DNA of 64,000 bases from Armatimonadota bacterium (GTDB taxonomy: Bacteria; Armatimonadota; Fimbriimonadia; Fimbriimonadales; GBS-DC). Positions 42,014-52,529 of this stretch are shown here, in pieces. Location of the stretch: assembly GCA_037444405.1 (NCBI GenBank), contig JBBIML010000006.1, positions 192,001 through 256,000 on the forward strand, written 5' to 3'. Made by a program: the position numbers and the translations under genes. How positions within the stretch are numbered: position 1 is the stretch's first letter; every line of letters starts with the position of its first letter. The notes below the pieces were generated by a model. That model was not told the DNA's origin, ran no database searches, and saw only the letters and a list, made by a program, of their open reading frames with translations.

Positions 42014-42877
42014 ATGAGCATACCTGAAAGCGCACGGTGGCAGGCAGAGACCCTCATTCAGGCACTGCCTTACATTCAGAAGTGGCGCGGCGCCATCTTC
42101 GTCATTAAGTACGGCGGCGCGGCGATGGTGGACGACCAGCTCGCCCAGTCGGTGATGCAGGATGTGGTGCTGATGCACTGCGTGGGCATCCAGCCCGTGG
42201 TGGTGCATGGGGGCGGTCCCGAAGTCTCCGAGGCGATGAAGCGGCTGGGCAAGCAGCCGACCTTTGTGCAGGGACTGCGCGTGACCGACGCCGAGACGAT
42301 GGAGATTGTGGAGATGGTGCTGACGGGCAAGACCAATCGGCGACTGGTGGCGGCGATCCATCAGCAGGGCGGGCAGGCAGTGGGCGTCTCCGGCAAGGAT
42401 GGCAACCTGCTGATGGCGCACAAGCTGGAAGGCGAGCCGGATCTGGGCTTCGTGGGCGAGGTGGAGCAGGTGAACCCCGCTGTGCTGCACGCGCTGCTGC
42501 AAGCGGGCTACATCCCGGTGGTCAGCCCGATAGGGGTCGGGCGCGACGGCGCGAGCTACAACCTGAACGCCGACCATGTGGCGGGCGTGCTGGCAGCCGC
42601 GCTCGGCGCCACGAAGCTGCTGCTGCTCACCGATGTGCCCGGCGTCTTAAGCGACCCCGAGAACCCCGATTCGCTGATCTCGGAGCTGAGCCGCGAGCAG
42701 GTACAGCGCATGCTGGAAGCGGGACGCATCAGCGGTGGGATGATCCCCAAACTGCAGGCGTGCCTCGTCGCGCTGGAGGGCGGCGTGCCCCGCGCTCACA
42801 TCCTGGACGGACGAATACCCCACGCCCTGCTTATCGAAGTGTTCACCGACGCGGGAATCGGCACGATGGTGCGCTGA
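42014..42877 (+). CDS. argB: Acetylglutamate kinase
   Basis: IKYGG, HGGGP, GLRVTD, NLNAD, GGMIPK. Confidence 0.95.
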   Translation: MSIPESARWQAETLIQALPYIQKWRGAIFVIKYGGAAMVDDQLAQSVMQDVVLMHCVGIQPVVVHGGGPEVSEAMKRLGKQPTFVQGLRVTDAETMEIVEMVLTGKTNRRLVAAIHQQGGQAVGVSGKDGNLLMAHKLEGEPDLGFVGEVEQVNPAVLHALLQAGYIPVVSPIGVGRDGASYNLNADHVAGVLAAALGATKLLLLTDVPGVLSDPENPDSLISELSREQVQRMLEAGRISGGMIPKLQACLVALEGGVPRAHILDGRIPHALLIEVFTDAGIGTMVR

Positions 42878-42892
42878 AACCCCCCTGACTCC

Positions 42893-42920
42893 TTGACAAT
42901 CGCGCGAAATGTGCTATAAT
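42893..42920 (+). promoter_or_regulatory. Consensus sigma70 promoter
   Basis: TTGACA-N16-TATAAT with an extended -10 TG. Confidence 0.75.
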
Positions 42921-42950
42921 AGAGTATCTTTCCGACGGAGGTAGACAAGC

Positions 42951-43778
42951 ATGGCACGAAAGGCGAAGTGGCTTGGGATCATCAGCGTCGCAACGGCGCT
43001 GCTTGGCGTTGCTATTGCGCAAACGCCTGTGGACAAACTGGAGCTAACGGGCAAAATGTCCTTCCGGCTCAACGACTCGCCCTATTACATCCGGCTCGGC
43101 GTGGCATGCGACATCCCGGCGTTTGAAGGCGGTATCGGGGATCAGCAACCGCTCTGCATCACCTTTGCCGACCTGAATAACGACGGCATCGCCCTGGACT
43201 TTCAGCTCACCATTAACCAGATGGTGAACTCGATCCAATCCACTGAGACGGTCACCTGGATTGCGCAGGTGCTGTCGTCCAATCAGGTTCGCTGGACAAC
43301 GCAGCGCACTTTTAGCCCCCCACACTGCACCGTCATCACTATTTCGGGCACAGACTATATTTTCCAGATGGACGAGATTTATGGTCAGTTCCAGCTGGAG
43401 ATAACCGAGGGCAGCTGCGCTCCTGACCCCTATAACTGCTTCGGTTGTGGGGTGGATCTGTCGCTGGCGCCGTTTGGCGGCGCGGATGCGAACTACATGG
43501 GCTTCAACGGGCGTGCGATGCTGGGCGGAACCTGTGATTCTGGACCTGTGCCCGCCTGCGCGCGCGCCTATGACCTGCAGATCAACGCCTACAGCGGTGG
43601 ATTGTCCAGCCAGGGTGATGTGAACGGCGACTGCGTGGTGGACGATGCCGACCTGCTGGCTGTGCTGTTCGCCTTTGGGCAGAGCGGCTCCGGGCTTGCG
43701 GAGGACATCAACCGCGACGGCACGGTGGACGACGCCGACCTGCTGATTGTGCTGTTTAACTTCGGCAACAGCTGCTGA
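42951..43778 (+). CDS. Secreted Cys-rich protein with dockerin-like C-tail
   Basis: Signal peptide; tail [46 protein letters not shown]. Confidence 0.75.
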   Translation: MARKAKWLGIISVATALLGVAIAQTPVDKLELTGKMSFRLNDSPYYIRLGVACDIPAFEGGIGDQQPLCITFADLNNDGIALDFQLTINQMVNSIQSTETVTWIAQVLSSNQVRWTTQRTFSPPHCTVITISGTDYIFQMDEIYGQFQLEITEGSCAPDPYNCFGCGVDLSLAPFGGADANYMGFNGRAMLGGTCDSGPVPACARAYDLQINAYSGGLSSQGDVNGDCVVDDADLLAVLFAFGQSGSGLAEDINRDGTVDDADLLIVLFNFGNSC

Positions 43779-43780
43779 AG

Positions 43781-43848
43781 CCCCCTCACCCGTACCCTCT
43801 CCCCCACTGGGGGAGAGGGGCTAAACTCTCTCCCTCTCCGTGGGGAGA
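43781..43848. repeat. CCCCTCACCC..CTCTCCC/GGGAGAGGGG palindromic repeats
   Basis: Tandem hairpins of the window-wide REP-like family. Confidence 0.7.
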
Positions 43849-43937
43849 ATGTCAGGATGATGGGCAAACTGGGAATCCAAACCGGCAGGAATCTCGACCA
43901 ATGGGTAGAATCTTGTAAGCGAGGAGGTCGCAGAGCA

Positions 43938-44783
43938 ATGAAGCGTCATGGGTTCACTTTGATCGAGTTGCTGGTCGTTATCGCGATCATCGCCATTCTG
44001 GCGGCGATCCTGTTCCCGGTGTTCGCACAAGCGCGCGAGAAAGCGCGCCAGACCCACTGCGTCAACAACATGAAGCAGTTCGCTCTGGCGGTCTACCAGT
44101 ACATTCAGGATTACGACGAGACCTTCCCCATGAGCGTCTATCGCTCGCGGGTGGGCAATCAGGAGTGCGCCTTCACCATGATAGCCGCAATTCAGCCCTA
44201 TGTCAAGAACGACGCCCTCTATGAGTGCCCATCGGCGCGCAGAGCGATGGACCTCGATGGCTTCTGGATGCGGCTGCTTAACATCCCCGATTGCTCCCGG
44301 TTCCGCTACTTCAGCTATGTCGCCAATTTCGCCCTGTTCGAGGATGGTCCGAACAACGACATTACTGGCGCCCGCAATCAACACCCCATCAAAATGGCGG
44401 AACTGGAGTTCCCTGTCGAGACCGCCGCTTTCCAGGATGGTCACCTGACCGTTCAGGGTGGCAGCGGACAGTGCGACCTGTTTAACTCGCCCATCGAAGG
44501 GCGTCATAACGAGACGGTCACGGTGGGGTACGCTGATGGGCACGCGAAGTCGCTGAAGGTGAAGAAAGCCGATGTCCAGTGCATTAATATCGACAATAAG
44601 ACCTTTACTCTGTGGTGTGTGCAGTCGCCGCCCTACAACCGCAGCTGGGATAACTCGGCAGGCAGATGCAACGCTCAGGTGAAGACCTGTCAATCTTCAC
44701 CCTATATTGCAGGCTCGCGCGACCTGTGGGGTATCCCGGTGCAGGATCAGCAGGGCACAAAGTGCGTGAGGGCACTGCGATAG
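43938..44783 (+). CDS. Prepilin-type N-terminal cleavage / DUF1559, H-X9-DG protein
   Basis: [47 protein letters not shown]. Confidence 0.9.
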   Translation: MKRHGFTLIELLVVIAIIAILAAILFPVFAQAREKARQTHCVNNMKQFALAVYQYIQDYDETFPMSVYRSRVGNQECAFTMIAAIQPYVKNDALYECPSARRAMDLDGFWMRLLNIPDCSRFRYFSYVANFALFEDGPNNDITGARNQHPIKMAELEFPVETAAFQDGHLTVQGGSGQCDLFNSPIEGRHNETVTVGYADGHAKSLKVKKADVQCINIDNKTFTLWCVQSPPYNRSWDNSAGRCNAQVKTCQSSPYIAGSRDLWGIPVQDQQGTKCVRALR

Positions 44784-44852
44784 TCGGCTTTCTTCAGCAC
44801 CGCTGGCGGGGGAGGTTCCTCCTGCAGGTAAGGGGGGACCTCCCCTTTACTT

Positions 44853-46265
44853 TTATGGGACGGCGGCGGTCTGTTCGAACAGGTACTTATCCAGTTCCAC
44901 ATCGTCGGGGATGGGGATGGGGTAATCGCCGTTGAAGCAGGCGAGGCAGAACCGCTCGCGCGGCTGACCGCTGGCACGCAATAGTCCCTCGATGCTCAGG
45001 TACCCCAGGGTGGTTGCGCCCACCTGCTGGCGCACATCCTCCACCGTGTGGTGGGCGGCGACCAGCTCGCGCTGGGTCGCCATATCGATGCCGTAATGGC
45101 AGGGAAAGCGAATGGGCGGCGCGGTGATGCGCAGGTGCACCTCGCGCGCGCCCGCCTCAAACAGCAGTCGCACAATCTGGCGCGTGGTCGTGCCTCGCAC
45201 AATCGAGTCGTCCACCACCACCAGCCGCTTGCCCGCAATCACCTCGCGCAGGGGGGTGAGCTTTAGGCGCACGCTGATCTCCCGTGTGCGCTGGTCGGGC
45301 TGAATGAAGGTGCGCGGCGCATAACGGTTCTTGATCAGCCCCTCGCCGTACGGGATGCCCGACTGCTGGGCGTAGCCCACCGCCGCCGGCACGCCCGAAT
45401 CGGGCACAGGAATCACCAGCTCGGCGTCGGCGGGATGCTCCCGTGCCAGCTCGATACCCATGCGCCGACGCACTTCATAGAGCAGCTGGTCATACAGGTG
45501 GCTATCGGGTCGCGCGAAGTAGATGAGTTCGAACATGCAGAGCGCCTCGCGCTGGCAGGGCAACCCTCTGAAGGAGCGGACACCCTGCTCATCGATCAGC
45601 ACAATCTCGCCTGGTTGCACCTCGCGCAGGAACTGGGCGCCAATCGGGTGCAGGGCGCAGGTCTCCGACGCCAGCACCCATGCCTCACCCAGCCGTCCCA
45701 GACAGAGCGGGCGCACGCCGAACGGGTCGCGCACCCCAATCAGCTGCGTGGGGGTCAGAATCGCCAGCGAGTAGGCGCCGCGCACCTGACGCATCGCATC
45801 CCGTATCGCCGCCACAATATCGCCCCGATAGGCGCGGGCAATCAGGCGCAGAATCACCTCTGAGTCGTTGGTGGTCTCAAATATCTCGCCCTCGCGCTCC
45901 AGCGCGGCTCGTAAATGATGCGCGTTCACCAGATTGCCGTTGTGCGCAATCGCGATGTTGCCGTCGGAGGTGGGGCACGCTAGCGGCTGCACATTGCGAA
46001 TGGTGGATGAGCCGGTGGTGGAGTAGCGGGTGTGCCCGACGGCAATATGCCCGCGCAGGCTGTCCAGAATCGGCTCACTGAACACGCGCGCGACCAGCCC
46101 TAAATCTTTATACATGCGCACGGTTCTGCCGTCGGAGACGGCGATGCCCGCGCTCTCCTGCCCGCGATGCTGGAGCGCGAACAGCCCGAAGTAGGTCAGC
46201 CGTGCCGCGTCCCTGCCCGGAGCGTAGATGCCGAACAGCCCGCACTCCTCCCGCGCCTCGCCCAC
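44853..46265 (-). CDS. purF: Amidophosphoribosyltransferase
   Basis: EECG, QHRGQE, HTRYST, VDDSIVRGTT. Confidence 0.96.
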   Translation of the reverse strand: MGEAREECGLFGIYAPGRDAARLTYFGLFALQHRGQESAGIAVSDGRTVRMYKDLGLVARVFSEPILDSLRGHIAVGHTRYSTTGSSTIRNVQPLACPTSDGNIAIAHNGNLVNAHHLRAALEREGEIFETTNDSEVILRLIARAYRGDIVAAIRDAMRQVRGAYSLAILTPTQLIGVRDPFGVRPLCLGRLGEAWVLASETCALHPIGAQFLREVQPGEIVLIDEQGVRSFRGLPCQREALCMFELIYFARPDSHLYDQLLYEVRRRMGIELAREHPADAELVIPVPDSGVPAAVGYAQQSGIPYGEGLIKNRYAPRTFIQPDQRTREISVRLKLTPLREVIAGKRLVVVDDSIVRGTTTRQIVRLLFEAGAREVHLRITAPPIRFPCHYGIDMATQRELVAAHHTVEDVRQQVGATTLGYLSIEGLLRASGQPRERFCLACFNGDYPIPIPDDVELDKYLFEQTAAVP

Positions 46266-46340
46266 AGCAACTCTATTGTACCCTCTCTCTGAAGGTATAA
46301 TCGATGGGCTTACTATGGGCAGGATGCCCATGCTACGGTG

Positions 46341-47228
46341 ATGAGCTGGCGCGTCTCTTTACATGGCGGGCACAGCGGGGAGTTCTGCAAGCATGCAGAA
46401 GGCTCCCTGCGTTCGATTCTGGAGGCGGCGGAGCGCGCGGGCTATGCCGTCTTCGGCGTGAGCGAGCATATGCCGCGCGTTGAGCCGCGCTACCTCTACA
46501 CCACCGAGCGCGAAAAGGGCTGGACGGTGCAGACGCTCGAAACGCTCTTCGAGCGCTATGCGGTCGCCATACGCGAACTCGCGCACGAGTTTGAGGGGCG
46601 ACTCGTGGTGCTGTGCGGCTTCGAGATCGAAGTGGTGCCGCCCGATCGCTGGATGCAGCTGGTGGAGCGCTATCGCCGCGACTATGCGTTCGATTACATC
46701 GTCGGCTCGGTGCATTTCATTCGTGACGGCGGCATCGACAGCGACCCCGACGAACCCGACACACGCCGCGCGATTATCGAGTGTGGCGGCGTGGAGAACC
46801 TGGCGGTGGAGTATTACCGCGCGATGGCGGAGATGGTTCAGGCGGTGCGCCCGGAGGTGGTGGCGCACTTCGATCTGGTGCGCTTGTTGGCGCATCGGGT
46901 GGGCGAGGCGCAGGCGGCGGAGACGCCCCGCGTGCGCAACGCTGCCCTCAACGCGCTGGAAGCCGTCCAGGCCGCTGGCTCGCTGCTGGAGGTGAACACG
47001 GCGGGCATCCGCAAGGGGCTGGGCGCTCCCTATCCCGCCGACTGGATTGTGCAGACCGCCGCCGCGATGGGCATCCCGTTCTGCTTCAGCGACGACAGCC
47101 ACCGCCCGGAACAGGTCGGCTTTGGGCTGGAGGCTGCCCGCGAGCATCTGTTGCGCAACGGCGTCCGCGAAGTGCAGTTCCTCACGCGCCAGAACGGCGC
47201 TATCGTGCGAGCGACTGCAATGCTGTGA
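46341..47228 (+). CDS. PHP-family histidinol-phosphatase-like protein
   Basis: HGGHS..C.HA, SEH, GSVH, HFD, SDDSH. Confidence 0.82.
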   Translation: MSWRVSLHGGHSGEFCKHAEGSLRSILEAAERAGYAVFGVSEHMPRVEPRYLYTTEREKGWTVQTLETLFERYAVAIRELAHEFEGRLVVLCGFEIEVVPPDRWMQLVERYRRDYAFDYIVGSVHFIRDGGIDSDPDEPDTRRAIIECGGVENLAVEYYRAMAEMVQAVRPEVVAHFDLVRLLAHRVGEAQAAETPRVRNAALNALEAVQAAGSLLEVNTAGIRKGLGAPYPADWIVQTAAAMGIPFCFSDDSHRPEQVGFGLEAAREHLLRNGVREVQFLTRQNGAIVRATAML

Positions 47229-47964
47229 GCAGATCGGCGTACCGCTGGAAGTAGTCATGCGCGCTCTGCCCGCCTGCCACCGGGAGCGGCTGTTCGAGTG
47301 TGTCGGCGAGGATCAGCGGCACACCGAGCTGACGGGCGACCGCTTCCGCAAGGGGGGCTGGACTCGCGCTCAACACGCCGGCTAACGGCACGCGCCGCGC
47401 TCGCTCCATCAGCTGGCGCAGGCGCAGCAGGCTGGGCGGATGCTCCTCGTCGGGCTGCAGACTGCCCAGCGAACGCAGCCCCAGCGAGCGGGTCAGCGGG
47501 CGATAGGCGTCGTGCAGCGCCAGATAATATTTGCCCTGCAGGCGGCTCCGCAGCTGGTCGCGCTGATGCTCCAGCTGGCGGAAGAGCAGTTGCACCCGCC
47601 GCCACGCTTGACGCACCGCGCGGTTTGTCAGTCCATCCTGCTCCGCCCAGTGCATGAGCCATGCACAGCATTCCCGCGCGGAGCGCAGATCGAGCCAGAT
47701 GTGTAGGTCATCAGGCGGCGGCTGCAGATGCTTTATCAGGCGCATCACGGGCGGGCAGCGCGCGCCCAGCGCCCGCTGGAGCGTCGGTAGATAGCTCTCG
47801 ATGGCGCCAATCGCCACGATTCGGCGCGACCGCGCCGCCGCGCGAACCATCCGCACGGTCAGCATCACCTCGTGTGCATCCACCCCGCGCGGCTGAAGCA
47901 ACACCACTGGCAGCTTTAGTGCCCGCAACCAGTCCTCAATCACAATCAGCGTGGCAGCGTACAT
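47200..47964 (-). CDS. Divergent ZnuA-like metal-binding protein
   Basis: DAHE, DLHIWLD, HDAY motifs; no clear signal peptide. Confidence 0.55.
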   Translation of the reverse strand: MYAATLIVIEDWLRALKLPVVLLQPRGVDAHEVMLTVRMVRAAARSRRIVAIGAIESYLPTLQRALGARCPPVMRLIKHLQPPPDDLHIWLDLRSARECCAWLMHWAEQDGLTNRAVRQAWRRVQLLFRQLEHQRDQLRSRLQGKYYLALHDAYRPLTRSLGLRSLGSLQPDEEHPPSLLRLRQLMERARRVPLAGVLSASPAPLAEAVARQLGVPLILADTLEQPLPVAGGQSAHDYFQRYADLLTALQSLAR

Positions 47965-47966
47965 CG

Positions 47967-50297
47967 CTACTCCCCACCCTGCAACTGCGCATATTCGGCA
48001 CGCAGTGGCTCCGCCTGTTTCGATTCGCCCTGCTCAATTAGCAGGCGAATCAACCCCTCCAGCGTGCGCAGGTGCGCCAGCCGAATCTGCTGTTCGCGCT
48101 CCGGGTTGTACAGTCCCAGCTCGCGTCCCATGCGGTTGAAGGGTAAGGTCAGCTCGCGATAGGCACGGAACACCCCGAGCGCGGCTTCATACTCGGCGCG
48201 GGCGCGTGCGGGCGCACCCTGCGCTTCGTAATGTTGTGCCAGCGCGAGGTGCGCGAAGCCGTACGCCGTCTCCACCATTTCAGGCACGGCGCGCACGCGC
48301 CCATAGGGACTGCGCTCCAGCGCCACGATGCGCTGATAGTATTCCAGCGCGCCGGGTGATAGAATCGGCTGGCTGGGATTGGGCGTCTCGTACTGCGCCA
48401 GTTTGAGCAGGGCGGGCAGATTGTTTGGGTCGATCTGCAGCACCTGCTCGAAAGCGTTGCGGGCGCGGGTGCGATTGCCCTCACGCTCATAGTACAATCC
48501 CAGTTTGTACCAGAATCGGGGCGCGGGCTTGAGCTGAACGGCGCGCTCCATCAGCGTGAAGGCGGTCTCGCGTCGCCCCAGCATGTAGTAAAGTTCGCCC
48601 GCATCCATGAGGTAGTCGGGGTTGTTCGAATCGAGCGAGCGGGCGACGCTCAGCAGTTCGGCAGCCTGTGGCGCGTGCCCGATGAGCGCGTGGTAGCGTG
48701 CCTGGTTCGCATACAGTTCGCCCAGCCCCATGCTGGCGAGGCTCATTCCGAGCGCGGCGCTTAGCACCAGCGCGGTGCCCCGCCGCTCAATCACGCCTAA
48801 CGGCACGGTGTACACGCCATCGATGGCTAACGCCAACCCCAGCGCGAGCAGCCCCATCAGCGTCAGCAGATTCGCGAAGCAGGTGATGTCCGAATCGACA
48901 CCGTTGTGCAGGGCGCCCGCGATCACGCCCGCCACCACGCCCAGCCGGATCGGGCGCCAGTCCGTTATTGATGCCCGCTGCATATGGAGTGCGGAAGCTC
49001 CGCTTCCGCGGTCCAAAGAACCTCTGGAGTGCGGCAGCCCCGATTCGGCTGGTAGTTCAGGCTGGAGCGCGCGGGTTAGCCAGCCAATCCCCATCGCGAC
49101 CAGCAACAGCAACGCGGGCAGCCCTGCCTCCGCCATCAAATCGAGATAGCTGTTGTGCGCCAGTCGGGTGAAGCCGACACTGGCGTAGCGCGGATAGCGC
49201 CACTCGAACGCGCCCGGTCCAACGCCCAGAATCGGGTTCGCCAGCGCCATCCGCAGCGTGCCCTTCCATGTTTCGAGGCGGAACGAACCGGAATGGACAT
49301 CCTGCGCCGCTGCCTGCGGGGTCAATCGCTGCACCGCGGGCTGGCTCAACCACAGCACGGCTGACAGCAGCAGCACCACCAGCCCCAGTCGCAGCAGGAA
49401 GTCGCGCGTGAGCAGTCGCCAGGCGAGCGCCAGCCCCAGAAACGCGGCTGCCCCGCCTGCAAACGCCAGCACGCCCAGCCGCGAGCCTGTCAGCGTTAGT
49501 GCACTGAGTTGCAGCCACAGCGCAACGGTCAACAGCGCGAGCCAGAGGAGGTTGACCCTCACCCCCTGCCCCTCGCCCGCGCTGCGGGCGAGGGGAGTAC
49601 CTCTCACACCGACCCTCTCCCCGGAGTGGAGAGGGGTCTGCTCCCCACGGCTCAGGCACAGCAGCACGCCCAGCGTGATGGGCGCAAGCATCACCAGATA
49701 GCCTGCCAGCAGGTTCGGATTGAAAAAGCTGGCGAACACGCGCCAGTTCGCGATCCCAACCCAGCGATTGAGTAGATATTCGCTACAGGCACGCAGGCTG
49801 ATCAGCGTCGCTGTTGCAATCAGCGCGATCAGGATTGTCCACGCGCTCGTGCCCCGCCGCACGACGGCGACCATCGTGAGCATCAGCATCAGCGCTGTGC
49901 CCCACTCGGTAAGGCGTCGCAGCCCGTACCAGCCCGTGCCGTTGACGATGCTGGCGAGCGCGAGCCAGAGTATCAGCCCCAGCAGCGGCAGCAGCACGCG
50001 CCCCACCGGCAGGCGCCACATCGCCACATTCCAGCCGCATGCAAGCAGCCCCATCAGCACCGCGACGCCCACCAGAAACGCGCCCATCAGCGGGAAATCG
50101 CCGCTCCACAGCAGTCCATTAACCACCTGTTCTGGCGCGACGGCACGCGGACCGATATAGAGACCGCCAGTTAGCCATGGCGCCAGCGCCAGCGCACAGG
50201 CTTGCGAGCCGACCGTCAGCGCCAGCCAGCGTGGAAGCTGGAGCGGAAGCCTAATCCGACCGTTGCGGATGCGCTTGCCCGATTCGCTCACTCGCAT
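47967..50297 (-). CDS. O-antigen ligase-like membrane protein with C-terminal TPRs
   Basis: NPNLLAG, TGSR, GVGPG.F, AHNSYL motifs; TPR-like helices. Confidence 0.85.
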   Translation of the reverse strand: MRVSESGKRIRNGRIRLPLQLPRWLALTVGSQACALALAPWLTGGLYIGPRAVAPEQVVNGLLWSGDFPLMGAFLVGVAVLMGLLACGWNVAMWRLPVGRVLLPLLGLILWLALASIVNGTGWYGLRRLTEWGTALMLMLTMVAVVRRGTSAWTILIALIATATLISLRACSEYLLNRWVGIANWRVFASFFNPNLLAGYLVMLAPITLGVLLCLSRGEQTPLHSGERVGVRGTPLARSAGEGQGVRVNLLWLALLTVALWLQLSALTLTGSRLGVLAFAGGAAAFLGLALAWRLLTRDFLLRLGLVVLLLSAVLWLSQPAVQRLTPQAAAQDVHSGSFRLETWKGTLRMALANPILGVGPGAFEWRYPRYASVGFTRLAHNSYLDLMAEAGLPALLLLVAMGIGWLTRALQPELPAESGLPHSRGSLDRGSGASALHMQRASITDWRPIRLGVVAGVIAGALHNGVDSDITCFANLLTLMGLLALGLALAIDGVYTVPLGVIERRGTALVLSAALGMSLASMGLGELYANQARYHALIGHAPQAAELLSVARSLDSNNPDYLMDAGELYYMLGRRETAFTLMERAVQLKPAPRFWYKLGLYYEREGNRTRARNAFEQVLQIDPNNLPALLKLAQYETPNPSQPILSPGALEYYQRIVALERSPYGRVRAVPEMVETAYGFAHLALAQHYEAQGAPARARAEYEAALGVFRAYRELTLPFNRMGRELGLYNPEREQQIRLAHLRTLEGLIRLLIEQGESKQAEPLRAEYAQLQGGE

Positions 50298-50754
50298 AGC
50301 GAAAGACCGCCTTTAGCAGGGGTGACCACTGATAATACAGCGTGGGCATCTCGGTGAGCGTCGCCCAGCGTATGCCGTCCGATTCCGAGCCACCGGGCAA
50401 CGGTTCGATGCGCACCGCCCGCGTCAGGAACACAGGCGCGACGCACTCGTCGCGCTCGCTCGCTGAGCATGGCTGGAGCCGATAGTAGCCGAGCAGTTCG
50501 AGCGTGCCCACAATCGCGCCTGTTTCTTCAAACGCTTCGCGTCGCGCGGCATCTTCGGGCGATTCGCCCGGTTCCACATGCCCGCTCGGAGCGCAGTAGC
50601 CGCGCCCCGCAATGTTCGCCAGCAGGAACCGCCCGCGCCCGTCGGCAATCAGCACCACCACATAGCGTGCGGGCGCCTCTGGCAGCCTGTCAGACGGCAC
50701 AAACTGCATCTGACGCCCTGCCCACTCCGCCTGCAACCGATTCCACTCGCTCAC
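50251..50754 (-). CDS. NUDIX hydrolase
   Basis: GHVEPGESPEDAARREAFEETG. Confidence 0.88.
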   Translation of the reverse strand: MSEWNRLQAEWAGRQMQFVPSDRLPEAPARYVVVLIADGRGRFLLANIAGRGYCAPSGHVEPGESPEDAARREAFEETGAIVGTLELLGYYRLQPCSASERDECVAPVFLTRAVRIEPLPGGSESDGIRWATLTEMPTLYYQWSPLLKAVFRYASERIGQAHPQRSD

Positions 50755-51293
50755 GGCACCTCCCGATACCCGCCCACCACCTTGCCCTGCACCCATGCCA
50801 GCGGGAATGGACCCCGCTGACGGCTATCGTCCGACTGCCCCAGATTATCGCCCACCACATAGATATAACCCTTCGGCACGCGCGTGCCGTTCATCAGCGC
50901 CCAGAGACCCCAGTACTGGCGGGGTATTTCCTCACCCTCCAGCGCCACGACGCGCTTGATCAGCAGCGCGCCGCCCGGCACCCGAATAACCACCACATCG
51001 CCCCGGCGAACGGGTCCAAAAAGCCAGTAGTTGGTGGTCATCAGCACGCGCTGACCGTCGTGATAGGTCGGCTCCATCGAGTGCCCTTGCACCACCACCA
51101 CGCGGAAGTTGATGGCAAACAGCAGTGCGGCGACGCCGAACACCGCCAGTGTGCCGAAGGCACGCACGATGCGTCGCCTGTACGCCCCGTGCGCATCCAT
51201 CGGTACCGCTGATGAACCGACGCTCGCCGTCGCAGGCTGGAGCTGGCTCTCCGCACCTGTGCTGTCCGATGTGCCATCCAGATCGTAGCGCAT
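50751..51293 (-). CDS. Signal peptidase I
   Basis: GHSMEPT, IKRV, GDN...SDDSR. Confidence 0.88.
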   Translation of the reverse strand: MRYDLDGTSDSTGAESQLQPATASVGSSAVPMDAHGAYRRRIVRAFGTLAVFGVAALLFAINFRVVVVQGHSMEPTYHDGQRVLMTTNYWLFGPVRRGDVVVIRVPGGALLIKRVVALEGEEIPRQYWGLWALMNGTRVPKGYIYVVGDNLGQSDDSRQRGPFPLAWVQGKVVGGYREVP

Positions 51294-51306
51294 AGGCGAT
51301 CCCCTC

Positions 51307-52176
51307 TCAATCGGGCATGTAGCGTTCGGCGCCTGCGGGCGGCTGCCACTTCTCGCGCGGATGATAGAACCGCCACACCTCGCGGGCTATCGCGCGGATC
51401 GCCACCTCGCCCTCGTTATCCGGCGTCCAGCGCGTGTCTTCCGCCTCCCTGGTATAGACCGCCAGAATATATACGCCCGACGGGCTGAACACAATCCCCG
51501 TGTCCGAACGCGACTGATTAATCGCGCCCGATTTGGTGGCTGCCACCACCCACGGGGGCACACTGCTTCCGATGAGGTCGTCATAATACTGGTGGGCGAG
51601 GATTCGCAGCATGCGTTCACATGCGGCGGGTGTGCCCGCGCGTCCCGTGCGAATCGCGTCGAGCAGCTCCACCATCTCGTTGGGCGTGCACATGCCCATG
51701 CCCCAGCGGTCGCGCAACGCTTTCAGTTCCTCGTCATCGGGCGGGTGCAGCATCAGCAGGCGCGTGTGCTTCAGCCCCAGCCGCTGCAGGTAGCGGTTCA
51801 CCTCCACCGTGCCCAGCCGCCGCGCGAGCATCGCCGTCGCTGTGTTGTCGCTCACCGTAATCATCAGATGGATCAGCATCTTGACGGGCACTGACTGCTT
51901 CTCGCGATAGAACTGGAGCAGTCCCGCTCCATCGCGCACATCGTCGGGCTGAATCGGGATCGCCTCATTATAGTTCAGCCGTCCCGCGTCGATCTCCTCG
52001 AACGCTTTCGCCATGATTGCCGTCTTGATGGTGCTGGCGGTAGGGAAAATCTCGTCGCCCAGCCGATGGATGCGGTGCTGATGGCGCGTGTGATAGAGGC
52101 TGTAGCCCATCACGCCGCGAAACCGCTCACAGATTGCGTCCAGTTTCGCCTTCAGTCGTGTCGGGTTGAGTGCCAT
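51307..52176 (-). CDS. Class A beta-lactamase-like serine hydrolase
   Basis: STIK, SDN, KSG motifs; likely start ATG 52176. Confidence 0.85.
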   Translation of the reverse strand: MALNPTRLKAKLDAICERFRGVMGYSLYHTRHQHRIHRLGDEIFPTASTIKTAIMAKAFEEIDAGRLNYNEAIPIQPDDVRDGAGLLQFYREKQSVPVKMLIHLMITVSDNTATAMLARRLGTVEVNRYLQRLGLKHTRLLMLHPPDDEELKALRDRWGMGMCTPNEMVELLDAIRTGRAGTPAACERMLRILAHQYYDDLIGSSVPPWVVAATKSGAINQSRSDTGIVFSPSGVYILAVYTREAEDTRWTPDNEGEVAIRAIAREVWRFYHPREKWQPPAGAERYMPD

Positions 52177-52513
52177 CGTCAGGGAGATTGTACCCTGCCT
52201 GCCGATGGCACAGCAGAAAGTGGTCATGCCCGACATAGTAATGAACGGAGTAGTCGGCGGGCTTGCACCAGACGATGCCTTTGGGCAGCCGTGCAAAGAA
52301 CGGCTCCACCACGCGATGCGCCTCTTCCAGCGTGATGGGTTGACCGTCCCGACGCGCGACCGCGCAGTGCAGCAGGTCATCCTCGCCTTCGAACTGCACG
52401 CGATAGTCGCCGATCAGCCCGCCGAACCGCTGCGCCTGATCGAGCGTGATGGGTTCCGAGCGCTCTATCGCGTCCAGCACCGCCTCCAGAATGCGCTGGG
52501 CTTCCGCCTGCAT
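52127..52513 (-). CDS. Hypothetical protein
   Basis: 128-aa ORF with GAGG RBS and host-like codon usage, co-oriented with neighbours. Confidence 0.6.
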   Translation of the reverse strand: MQAEAQRILEAVLDAIERSEPITLDQAQRFGGLIGDYRVQFEGEDDLLHCAVARRDGQPITLEEAHRVVEPFFARLPKGIVWCKPADYSVHYYVGHDHFLLCHRQAGYNLPDDGTQPDTTEGETGRNL

Positions 52514-52529
52514 GGTTTGCCTCAGTCCA

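Noticed and set aside
51307..52176. Acquired beta-lactam resistance gene
   Set aside because: No signal peptide, no mobile context and no clear class A omega-loop motif; it is a generic serine hydrolase.
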